Notes: generated from the letters alone by a model not told the origin. Shown: positions 34,345 through 43,947, counted from the stretch's first letter. The stretch: DNA of 64,000 bases from Escherichia coli (GCF_013122565.1 NZ_CP053258.1); one strand, 5' to 3'. Program-made: numbers and translations.

Positions 34345-36936
34345 ATGCATCAATCTGGTTCTGTTTCTCTTTGTCGTTCCGCAATATCTGTTCTGGTGGC
34401 TACAGCGTTATATTCACCCATAGCATTGGCATCAACAGTTGAGTATGGTGAGACAGTTGATGGTGTTGTCCTGGAAAAAGATATCCAGCTGGTTTATGGG
34501 ACCGCCAATAATACGAAAATCAATCCTGGCGGAGAACAGCATATTAAAGAATTTGGTATAAGTAGTAATACTGAAATTAACGGCGGGTATCAGTACATTG
34601 AAATGAATGGCACCGCAGAATACTCCGTATTAAATGATGGTTATCAAATTGTTCAAATGGGTGGCGCGGCAAACCAGACTACCCTCAATAATGGTGTGCT
34701 ACAGGTTTATGGCGCAGCGAATGATCCCACGATTAAAGGCGGGCGCTTAATCGTTGAAAAAGATGGGATTACCGTCCTTGCCGCTATCGAAAAGGGAGGA
34801 TTACTGGAGGTTAAAGAGGGGGGGTTAGCGATTGCGGTAGATCAGAAAGCCGGCGGTGCTATTAAAACAACCACGCGGGCCATGGAGGTATTCGGAACAA
34901 ACCGTCTCGGTCAGTTCGATATCAAGAATGGTATTGCTAACAATATGCTGTTGGAAAACGGCGGAAGTTTGCGAGTTGAAGAAAATGACTTCGCTTATAA
35001 TACTACTGTAGATAGTGGCGGCTTACTGGAGGTTATGGATGGCGGGACTGCAACTGGCGTTGATAAAAAAGCAGGCGGAAAATTAATTGTCTCAACGAAT
35101 GCGCTGGAAGTGAGTGGTACAAACAGTAAAGGCCAATTTAGTATAAAAGATGGTGTGTCAAAAAATTATGAACTGGACGATGGTTCCGGGCTCATTGTTA
35201 TGGAGGACACGCAGGCCATTGATACTATCCTTGATGAGCATGCCACTATGCAATCGCTGGGAAAGGATACTGGTACGAGAGTGCAGGCAAATGCGGTATA
35301 TGATCTGGGTCGATCAGATCAGAATGGAAGTATCACGTATTCCTCTAAAGCCATCTCTGAAAATATGGTTATCAACAATGGCCGCGCTAATGTCTGGGCA
35401 GGCACAATGGTTAACGTTTCAGTCAGAGGGAATGATGGCATTCTTGAGGTCATGAAGCCGCAAATAAATTATGCACCCGCTATGTTGGTGGGTAGTGTCG
35501 TGGTTTCTGAGGGCGCTTCTTTAAGAACGCATGGTGCCGTGGATACCAGCAAAGCGGATGTTTCGCTCGAAAATAGCTCATGGACCATCATTGCCGATAT
35601 CACTACGACGAACCAAAACACCCGCCTCAATTTAGCCAACCTTGCGATGTCTGGCGCAAATGTGATTATGATGGATGAGCCAGTGACTCGTTCATCTGTG
35701 ACGGCAAGTGCGGAAAATTTCACTACGTTGACCACCAATACCCTGTCGGGAAACGGCAATTTTTATATGCGTACCGATATGGCTAATCATCAGAGCGATC
35801 AGCTCAACGTCACCGGACAGGCAACAGGTGATTTCAAAATATTCGTGACGGACACCGGTGCCAGCCCGGCAGCAGGAGATAGCCTTACACTGGTAACAAC
35901 GGGCGGCGGTGATGCTGCATTTACGTTGGGCAATGCCGGAGGCGTTGTTGATATCGGTACGTATGAATATACCTTGCTGGATAATGGCAATCATAGCTGG
36001 AGTCTGGCAGAGAATCGCGCGCAAATTACCCCTTCAACCACTGATGTGCTAAATATGGCGGCAGCACAACCGCTGGTATTTGATGCAGAACTGGACACCG
36101 TGCGTGAGCGTCTTGGTAGCGTAAAAGGCGTTAGTTACGATACGGCGATGTGGAGTTCGGCAATTAACACCCGCAACAACGTGACCACTGATGCGGGCGC
36201 TGGTTTTGAGCAAACATTGACGGGCCTGACGCTCGGTATCGATAGCCGTTTCTCCCGTGAAGAAAGCAGTACAATTCGCGGCTTGTTCTTTGGTTACTCT
36301 CATTCTGATATTGGTTTTGATCGCGGCGGCAAAGGCAATGTCGATAGCTATACCCTGGGTGCTTATGCCGGTTGGGAGCATCAGAACGGTGCCTATGTTG
36401 ATGGGGTGGTGAAAGTTGACCGTTTTGCCAACACCATCCATGGCAAGATGAGTAATGGGGCAACAGCGTTTGGCGATTACAATAGTAACGGCGCGGGTGC
36501 TCATGTTGAGAGCGGGTTCCGTTGGGTTGACGGATTGTGGAGTGTTAGACCCTATCTGGCCTTTACCGGCTTTACCACAGATGGTCAGGACTACACGTTA
36601 TCAAACGGCATGCGCGCGGACGTGGGAAATACCCGGATATTACGCGCTGAAGCGGGAACGGCGGTAAGCTATCACATGGACCTGCAAAACGGTACGACGC
36701 TGGAACCCTGGCTGAAAGCCGCCGTGCGTCAGGAATACGCCGATTCTAACCAGGTGAAAGTTAATGACGATGGCAAATTTAATAATGATGTGGCTGGAAC
36801 CAGTGGCGTTTATCAGGCTGGGATAAGGTCATCGTTTACCCCGACGTTAAGCGGTCATTTGTCAGTCAGCTATGGCAATGGCGCAGGGGTAGAATCACCG
36901 TGGAATACTCAGGCGGGTGTGGTCTGGTCGTTCTGA
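34345..36936 (+). CDS. yejO: autotransporter adhesin-like protein YejO, intact 863 aa
   Basis: N-terminal signal peptide, repetitive passenger, C-terminal beta-barrel ending VVWSF; adjacent to tRNA-Pro as yejO is. Confidence 0.85.
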   Translation: MHQSGSVSLCRSAISVLVATALYSPIALASTVEYGETVDGVVLEKDIQLVYGTANNTKINPGGEQHIKEFGISSNTEINGGYQYIEMNGTAEYSVLNDGYQIVQMGGAANQTTLNNGVLQVYGAANDPTIKGGRLIVEKDGITVLAAIEKGGLLEVKEGGLAIAVDQKAGGAIKTTTRAMEVFGTNRLGQFDIKNGIANNMLLENGGSLRVEENDFAYNTTVDSGGLLEVMDGGTATGVDKKAGGKLIVSTNALEVSGTNSKGQFSIKDGVSKNYELDDGSGLIVMEDTQAIDTILDEHATMQSLGKDTGTRVQANAVYDLGRSDQNGSITYSSKAISENMVINNGRANVWAGTMVNVSVRGNDGILEVMKPQINYAPAMLVGSVVVSEGASLRTHGAVDTSKADVSLENSSWTIIADITTTNQNTRLNLANLAMSGANVIMMDEPVTRSSVTASAENFTTLTTNTLSGNGNFYMRTDMANHQSDQLNVTGQATGDFKIFVTDTGASPAAGDSLTLVTTGGGDAAFTLGNAGGVVDIGTYEYTLLDNGNHSWSLAENRAQITPSTTDVLNMAAAQPLVFDAELDTVRERLGSVKGVSYDTAMWSSAINTRNNVTTDAGAGFEQTLTGLTLGIDSRFSREESSTIRGLFFGYSHSDIGFDRGGKGNVDSYTLGAYAGWEHQNGAYVDGVVKVDRFANTIHGKMSNGATAFGDYNSNGAGAHVESGFRWVDGLWSVRPYLAFTGFTTDGQDYTLSNGMRADVGNTRILRAEAGTAVSYHMDLQNGTTLEPWLKAAVRQEYADSNQVKVNDDGKFNNDVAGTSGVYQAGIRSSFTPTLSGHLSVSYGNGAGVESPWNTQAGVVWSF

Positions 36937-36995
36937 TAACAGAAAATAAACAGGCTGTGATGTGTCGCGGTCTGTTTATCGAATTAAATGCAGAT

Positions 36996-37030
36996 ATAAA
37001 AAAACCAACCGTAAAGGTTGGTTTTTTTTG
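36996..37030. terminator. intrinsic terminator (ccaaccgtaaaggttgg + T8) shared by yejO and the convergent tRNA
   Basis: hairpin followed by tttttttt, preceded by A-run. Confidence 0.85.
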
Positions 37031-37037
37031 GGATTTT

Positions 37038-37114
37038 TGGTCGGCACGAGAGGATTTGAACCTCCGACCCCCGACACCCCATGACGGTGCGCTACCAGGC
37101 TGCGCTACGTGCCG
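37038..37114 (-). tRNA. proL: tRNA-Pro (GGG anticodon), 77 nt including CCA
   Basis: reverse complement reads CGGCACGTAGCGCAGCCTGGTAGCGCACCGTCATGGGGTGTCGGGGGTCGGAGGTTCAAATCCTCTCGTGCCGACCA. Confidence 0.93.
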
Positions 37115-37188
37115 ACTCGTGGCTGTTAATACTACCGTTTTCCACACCGATTGCAAGTAAGATATTTTGCTAACTGATTTATAATTAA

Positions 37189-38949
37189 TCAGTTAGCGAT
37201 AAAACGCTTCTCGTCTGTCAGTACTTGCAATAACAAACTTAACTGTGGTTTTTCATCTTTCACTCTTTCACCACGTAAGTTGTAAGTACGGTATTTACCG
37301 TTATTGTTCAGCACCAGCGTCTTTTTCGGGGTGGTAATTGCCAGCGTATCGTTATCCGCGGCGGTAACCCAGTAATGACGGCGTTGAGGGTTGAACAAAT
37401 CCTGACCTTGCGAATATTCGCTGGCAGGTGTGCTGACATGTAGCAGGCGTTGCATCAGCGTCGTCATCAGATCGGTATGATCAGTCAGAGCATTAATACG
37501 CTGCGCCGGCGTGCCTGGCCAGTGAATCACTAATGGTACCTGCAGATGACCGTGGGACCAGTCAAAGGTTTCTTCCTCTTCGCTCAGCGGAATACCCCGA
37601 CCGGCAGTGATAATCACCACCGTATTGTCCAGTTTGCCAGAATCACGCAGTGCATTGAGCACGCGGTTGATCTGGTCATCGACATTGCCTGCCGCCCGGC
37701 TATATTTCCGTGAAAATGCCTGCTGATTGCTGTCGTCAATGTTAGTGCCATTGAAAGAGACCCACGAGAACCAGCGGTTATCTTCTTGTGCGTAGCGGCC
37801 CAGCCAGTTGATCCACTGCGTGGCGGTCTGCTCGTCGGATTGGGTGCGTACGCTCGGCATCGAGAAATCTGACAACAATGCCTGGCGATACAGCGGGCTG
37901 GTAAAGCCATCTGACGAGAATAACCCCAGCTGATAGCCTTGCTGATTAAGCGCAGTAATTAACGCCGCAGGGGTACGGGTCGACAGAATGCCGTCCATAT
38001 AGCTCGGCGAGATGCCATAGAACAGGCCAAAGATGCCGTTGTCTGTAGTGTTGCCGGAGCTCATATGGCGCGTGAACGAAATATTTTGCTCAGCAAAACC
38101 TGCCAGCGCAGGCATCTGCTTCTCGAAGCGTGAGTAGTTCAGGCCATCGACAGTAATCAACAGCACATTCTGCCCAGTGCCCATATCGCGATAGCGCAGT
38201 TCGCTTAACGGATACTGAACGGAAACGGCGTCTGGATTACCTTGCTCAATAAGACGGCGTTGATACTCCTGCGCATCAAGCAGGCCATGCTTCTCAAGAA
38301 AACGTCGCGCCGTCATCGGGTACGAAAGCGGCAGGTTAGCGCGCTGCATGGTGATCGGGCGATAGAAGTTGGCATCGGCCCAGATATACACCACATGCGA
38401 GGCGATAAAGGCGATAAATAAGAATGCGGCCAGCGGGCGCGCGAAGCGTCGACGACGCGTCAGGCTGCGCAGCTTTTGCCAGCTCCACGTCGCAAACACC
38501 AGTTCAAGCAATAAAATAACCGGCACGCTGATGAACATCAGCTGCCAGTCGCGCGCCATCTCATTTTCGTCTGGGTTGATAACCAGTTGCCAGACGATGG
38601 GATTAAGATGGAGATGGAAACGAGTAAAGACTTCGCTATCGATCAGTAATAGCGTCATTCCCGCCGTTGCCAGAATGACGGACAAAAACCTCATCAGCCT
38701 CTGGGAGCCGACGATAAAGGTCAGCGGGAAGAGGATTAGCAAGTAGGTGGCAAACACCAGGAAGCTGAAATGGCCGATAATGCTTACGTAGGAATAAATG
38801 CGACCAGCAAGCGTGGTCGGCCAGTCGGCGATAAACAGGTAACGGCTGCCAATGACGAGCGAAAGCAGAATATTGAACAGTGCAAACCAGTGCCCCCAAC
38901 TGACCATCTGGGAGACTTTTTCACGGTAGCGCTGACGATGAGTTACCAT
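37189..38949 (-). CDS. yejM: inner membrane protein YejM (PbgA/LapC), sulfatase-like periplasmic domain, 586 aa
   Basis: 586-aa ORF, N-terminal TM helices, position after proL. Confidence 0.93.
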   Translation of the reverse strand: MVTHRQRYREKVSQMVSWGHWFALFNILLSLVIGSRYLFIADWPTTLAGRIYSYVSIIGHFSFLVFATYLLILFPLTFIVGSQRLMRFLSVILATAGMTLLLIDSEVFTRFHLHLNPIVWQLVINPDENEMARDWQLMFISVPVILLLELVFATWSWQKLRSLTRRRRFARPLAAFLFIAFIASHVVYIWADANFYRPITMQRANLPLSYPMTARRFLEKHGLLDAQEYQRRLIEQGNPDAVSVQYPLSELRYRDMGTGQNVLLITVDGLNYSRFEKQMPALAGFAEQNISFTRHMSSGNTTDNGIFGLFYGISPSYMDGILSTRTPAALITALNQQGYQLGLFSSDGFTSPLYRQALLSDFSMPSVRTQSDEQTATQWINWLGRYAQEDNRWFSWVSFNGTNIDDSNQQAFSRKYSRAAGNVDDQINRVLNALRDSGKLDNTVVIITAGRGIPLSEEEETFDWSHGHLQVPLVIHWPGTPAQRINALTDHTDLMTTLMQRLLHVSTPASEYSQGQDLFNPQRRHYWVTAADNDTLAITTPKKTLVLNNNGKYRTYNLRGERVKDEKPQLSLLLQVLTDEKRFIAN

Positions 38950-38968
38950 AACCTGTTATCTGTTTCCC

Positions 38969-39196
38969 TTAGTGCGCTTTGTCTTCGTTGATAGAGGACT
39001 GTAAGGCGCGGGCAAAAGAGTTGGCAATTGCCTGGCGTTGGGCCGGGGCAATGCTAGTGTTGATAAGGTTAGTGACCATGTTGCCTAACACCATCAGGGA
39101 AAGGTCGGTCGGAGCCTTATGTTTTTCCAGTACGTTGAGCAGCTCTGCGAGCAATTGTTCAACTTGTTCATCACTGTAGCGGGAAATTTGTGGCAT
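38969..39196 (-). CDS. yejL: UPF0352 protein YejL, 75 aa
   Basis: 75-aa [19 protein letters not shown] upstream of yejM. Confidence 0.9.
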
Positions 39197-39377
39197 AAAT
39201 CGAAATCAGTTAGTTGATGAAAGGGCAACATATTACCGTAGCAACGGTTTTTTTTCTGCTTTTTTATGCGTTAAATCATTCTCGTTACGCTGCCTTCTGT
39301 AAAATGACCGCCATCTTTTATTGCGTCGCTTAACCGGCGGTGGTTGAATACCGCCCGGTCTTAAAGGAGAGTTTATC

Positions 39378-40385
39378 ATGAGTCTGGATATCAACCAGAT
39401 TGCTCTGCACCAGCTTATCAAGCGTGATGAGCAGAACCTTGAGCTGGTGTTGCGCGATTCATTGCTGGAACCGACAGAAACCGTCGTTGAGATGGTGGCA
39501 GAACTGCATCGGGTCTATAGCGCCAAAAATAAAGCTTACGGCTTGTTTAGCGAAGAGAGTGAACTGGCGCAGACGCTGCGCTTACAGCGTCAGGGCGAAG
39601 AGGACTTTCTGGCATTTAGCCGCGCGGCAACCGGTCGCCTGCGTGACGAATTAGCGAAATATCCTTTTGCTGACGGTGGATTCGTGCTGTTTTGCCACTA
39701 CCGTTATCTGGCGGTGGAGTATCTGCTGGTGGCAGTCCTGAGCAACCTGAGCAGTATGCGCGTTAACGAAAATCTCGACATCAACCCAACCCATTATCTT
39801 GATATCAATCATGCGGATATTGTTGCGCGTATCGATTTAACCGAATGGGAAACCAATCCAGAGTCGACCCGCTATCTCACTTTCCTGAAAGGGCGAGTAG
39901 GGCGCAAAGTGGCGGATTTCTTTATGGATTTCCTCGGGGCCAGCGAAGGGTTAAACGCGAAAGCGCAAAACCGTGGGCTGTTGCAAGCGGTTGATGATTT
40001 CACTGCCGAAGCACAACTGGATAAAGCAGAGCGACAGAACGTGCGCCAGCAGGTTTATAGCTACTGTAATGAGCAGCTGCAGGCAGGCGAAGAGATTGAA
40101 CTGGAGTCGCTGTCGAAAGAGCTGGCAGGCGTCAGCGAAGTGAGCTTCACGGAGTTTGCGGCTGAAAAAGGCTACGAACTGGAAGAGAGCTTCCCGGCAG
40201 ACCGTAGCACACTGCGTCAGTTGACGAAGTTTGCCGGTAGCGGCGGTGGCTTGACTATTAACTTTGATGCGATGCTGTTAGGTGAACGCATCTTCTGGGA
40301 TCCGGCGACCGATACCCTGACCATTAAAGGCACGCCGCCGAATTTGCGCGACCAATTGCAGCGCCGGACGTCTGGTGGGAACTAA
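39378..40385 (+). CDS. yejK: nucleoid-associated protein YejK (NdpA), 335 aa
   Basis: 335-aa [22 protein letters not shown]. Confidence 0.94.
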
Positions 40386-40765
40386 ATCTCCAACGCGAAT
40401 GTTTCTTTTCGGAGAAACAGTTGCGGGATAATCACAATTCTTGTCAATCAGTTAGTGAGATGACTTGCTGATTGACCTTTCATTCGAAAATGTTTTCTCT
40501 GTTATTATACTTAGTGTTACTGAAAATATTATTCTCTTATCCCCTTTATTCGATAATAAATCGGTCTGGTCACTATTTCCGCCGTTTTTTGTGAGCTGTA
40601 ACACTGGAAAAATCATTCTGTTTAATTATATTGAGTTTACTTGGCGTTATATGTTGTTATTTGCTTTGACTATATAAAATGCAAATGTATTCTTAATGTC
40701 AATATTATTGTCGTTATGTTTGACTCATTATATTAATCGTATGAATAGTTTTAAGGATTCACCGC

Positions 40766-41338
40766 ATGGAGCAAGAAAATCCTGAAGATAGAAAGTGTTG
40801 TCGACCGAAAAAAACGTTCTCTTTAACCAGAAAATTACTGGTATGTTTTATCTTTACCCTCATTGTATTCAGTGGTTGTTTATTTGTCGTTATGAACACG
40901 GTCATTCATAACACCAGCACTGACAGCTTTTGCCTGGGTTGTCATGAAATGAAAGACAACATCCTTACCGAGAGTTTCAAAAAATCCATTCATGGCAGTA
41001 ATCGTACTGGCGTGAAAGTCGCTTGTGCCGATTGCCATATTCCTGATGAATTTGTCCCTAAGATGATCAGAAAAGCCCACGCCGTTAAAGAGGTTTGGGG
41101 GCATATGACAGGCGTAATTGATACGGCCGATAAATTCGATGCACATCGTGGCGAAATGGCAAAAGCGGAATGGGCAAGAATGAAAGCAAACAATTCGCAG
41201 GAATGCAGAGACTGCCACGATATTTCTAAATTACAGAAAAAATTTATGGCGCCGTTCCATGAGGCTTCTCTTAAAGAAGGGAAAACATGCATTGATTGTC
41301 ATGCCGGCATTGCACATAAATTACCAGCAGTTCATTAG
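40766..41338 (+). CDS. NapC/NirT/CymA-family membrane-anchored tetraheme cytochrome c (putative quinol dehydrogenase), 190 aa; NapC paralog
   Basis: N-terminal TM helix (LLVCFIFTLIVFSGCLFVV), four CxxCH (CLGCH, CADCH, CRDCH, CIDCH); shares blocks VPKMIRK, NNSQECR-CH, TCIDCH-GIAHKLP with the napC in this window. Confidence 0.85.
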   Translation: MEQENPEDRKCCRPKKTFSLTRKLLVCFIFTLIVFSGCLFVVMNTVIHNTSTDSFCLGCHEMKDNILTESFKKSIHGSNRTGVKVACADCHIPDEFVPKMIRKAHAVKEVWGHMTGVIDTADKFDAHRGEMAKAEWARMKANNSQECRDCHDISKLQKKFMAPFHEASLKEGKTCIDCHAGIAHKLPAVH

Positions 41339-41431
41339 TCATTAATACATGAATGTCATGTCTGTCTGGTTTCAAATAAAAACAAGAAGGGTTTCATGTT
41401 GATTTAAGTTTTTATGTAAAAGGACCATGTT

Positions 41432-43072
41432 ATGAGGAAACTAAAAAGGGGATTCTTATTGGCTGGGGTATTAACGGCACTTTCTCTAAGCGCTTATGCT
41501 GACAGAAATATGAATAAGATCCCGCATATCAATCTGTCGAATCCATCCGTCGAACCAGTTAGTGAGAGAATAATCCAAACAGATATTGTTGTTATTGGCG
41601 GTGGGCTTTCTGGCATGTCCGCAGGGTTGACTGCAGTACAGGGCGGAGCCAAAGTTGTTATTTTTGAAAAACTACCAAGCCTTGGAGGGGCAGGCGTTTA
41701 TCCTGAAGGCAGTTTAGGCATTGGCACCCTTATGCAAAAAAAAGAGGGGAAAGGTGCCACGCTGAATCAAGCCTTTGGTAAGGCGATCGATTTCCATCAC
41801 TGGCGAGCCAATGCTAGTGCATTGCACGCATTAATGAAAAACTCAGGCGAAACCATTGATTGGGTTGCCAGTAATGGCGTTGAGTTTACGACCTTAAAAA
41901 CCACCATTTATCCTCAGTCAGATTCATTATGGACCTGGCATATGTATAAGCATAATGGTGCATCTGTTACTAAAAGCTTTTACAAGAAGATCCTTGATGG
42001 AGGTGGGCAAATCTACACCGAAACTCCTGTTAAGAAGATTCTTCGCGACAAACAAAGCGGTGATGTCGTTGGCGTCGAAGCGGTTAATAGCGTAACAGGG
42101 GAAAAAATCATTGCCTATGGTAAGGGTGTGATTGTGGCGACCGGTGGTTTTGCCAACAACCGTGACATGATTGAAAAATACATCACCGATGTGAATCAGA
42201 AAAACATGGTGCCGGTCAAACTACGTGGCCCCCTGATTGATGGACGCGAAGGCGATGGTATCAAAATGGGGCAAGACATTGGCGCTGATACTGCCGGGAT
42301 GCAAACCATTGCTGGCAATAGCCCATATGTCGATCAAGACCCTCCTATCCGTCAGTTTAATGGCGCGGATTACCAAAAACAGGCCAGAACGTCATTAAGC
42401 CAGCCATTCCTGTGGATTAACCGACAAGGCGAGCGTTTCTTTGATGAGTCACTCGGTTCCAGTTTTACCCTCGTTTATAACGCTATCACCATGAATGGCG
42501 GAGTCATGTATTCTGTCTGGGATGATGCAATGCGCCAGAAGATGGTTAACGAAGGGCCGGTTACACCGTTTAACGCCATCGTGTTGCCTGGGCAGCCGAT
42601 GAAGGCGCTGGATCAGGCGATCGAAATCGGCATGAAAGAAGGGTGGTTATTTAAAGGTGAAACGTTGGACGATCTGGCAAAACAGATCAATGTTCCTGCA
42701 GACAATCTGAAAGCGACGATTGCGAAAGTAAACAAGTATACGGATGAAGGTTTCGATCCTGACTGGGGGCGCAAGAAAGAGCATCTGTTTAAATTTCAGG
42801 ATAAAGGACCGTATTACGCCGTGAAAGGTATTCGGGCTTATTTCCTGACGCTGGGTGGTTTGAAAATGAACAGCGATCTGCAGGTCTACGATACCAATGA
42901 GAAGATTATCCCAGGTCTGTATGTTGTCGGGCAGGATATGGGCGGTCTGTATGACAGCTCCTATGATTTGGTACTTGAAGGATCGGCTTCTGGCTTTGCG
43001 TTGACGTCGGGACGTATGGCAGCGAAACATATTATAAGCACCAGAGTGCAGGCACAGGGAGGAGGCAAATGA
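41432..43072 (+). CDS. exported FAD-dependent flavoprotein of the fumarate-reductase/succinate-dehydrogenase flavoprotein (FAD_binding_2) type, 546 aa; substrate unknown
   Basis: N-terminal signal peptide MRKLKRGFLLAGVLTALSLSAYA; dinucleotide fold DIVVIGGGLSGMSAGLTA...EKLPSLGGAG; C-terminal GLYVVGQDMGG; no CxxCH. Confidence 0.8.
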   Translation: MRKLKRGFLLAGVLTALSLSAYADRNMNKIPHINLSNPSVEPVSERIIQTDIVVIGGGLSGMSAGLTAVQGGAKVVIFEKLPSLGGAGVYPEGSLGIGTLMQKKEGKGATLNQAFGKAIDFHHWRANASALHALMKNSGETIDWVASNGVEFTTLKTTIYPQSDSLWTWHMYKHNGASVTKSFYKKILDGGGQIYTETPVKKILRDKQSGDVVGVEAVNSVTGEKIIAYGKGVIVATGGFANNRDMIEKYITDVNQKNMVPVKLRGPLIDGREGDGIKMGQDIGADTAGMQTIAGNSPYVDQDPPIRQFNGADYQKQARTSLSQPFLWINRQGERFFDESLGSSFTLVYNAITMNGGVMYSVWDDAMRQKMVNEGPVTPFNAIVLPGQPMKALDQAIEIGMKEGWLFKGETLDDLAKQINVPADNLKATIAKVNKYTDEGFDPDWGRKKEHLFKFQDKGPYYAVKGIRAYFLTLGGLKMNSDLQVYDTNEKIIPGLYVVGQDMGGLYDSSYDLVLEGSASGFALTSGRMAAKHIISTRVQAQGGGK

Positions 43073-43479
43073 GTAAGCTATTGAAGAACATTGTCACAAT
43101 CATTCTTGCTGGCGTAATGTGCACCGTTATCGGTATGGTTTCTGCCAGTGCACAAGAGATTGTCGGCATGAAAATGCACAAGACCATTGGTCTGGAATGT
43201 AATAACTGCCATGTTGATGATGTTAAAGCCAACAAGAATATGACGCCAACGTGCGTTAGCTGCCATGCGCCTGGTGAGCGTTATTATCATGGTAAGAAGG
43301 ATTCAGAAGGTAACTCAGTGTTAAAAGAGTATCCGGAGTCGGGTAAAACACGAGTTGCGTCTTTCCATGACTCTCATGGCGGGGAAATTCGCTGTACGGT
43401 ATGCCATACGTCACATGAGAAGGAACCACAGCCACTCTATTGCAACAACTGCCATCAGTTTGATGTGAAGATTAAGTAG
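43069..43479 (+). CDS. small periplasmic tetraheme cytochrome c, 136 aa
   Basis: signal peptide, four CxxCH (CNNCH, CVSCH, CTVCH, CNNCH) in ~110 mature residues; ATGA overlap with upstream flavoprotein gene. Confidence 0.85.
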   Translation: MSKLLKNIVTIILAGVMCTVIGMVSASAQEIVGMKMHKTIGLECNNCHVDDVKANKNMTPTCVSCHAPGERYYHGKKDSEGNSVLKEYPESGKTRVASFHDSHGGEIRCTVCHTSHEKEPQPLYCNNCHQFDVKIK

Positions 43480-43501
43480 TGAAGGTATTTGTCAGTCGCT
43501 G

Positions 43502-43540
43502 AAAAAGAAAACGGCCCGTAAAGGCCGTTTTCTTTTGTTC
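43502..43540. terminator. intrinsic terminator (aaacggcccgtaaaggccgttt + T-run) between the island operon and convergent rplY
   Basis: GC hairpin flanked by gaaaaagaaa and ttcttttg. Confidence 0.85.
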
Positions 43541-43554
43541 AACTTATTCAGCAA

Positions 43555-43947
<393 letters not shown>

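Noticed and set aside
40465-40677. 70-aa ORF in the island leader (MLIDLSFENVF...)
   Set aside because: Lies in very AT-rich DNA, has a low-complexity hydrophobic translation and no ribosome-binding site; more likely promoter DNA than a gene, though a small membrane peptide cannot be fully excluded.
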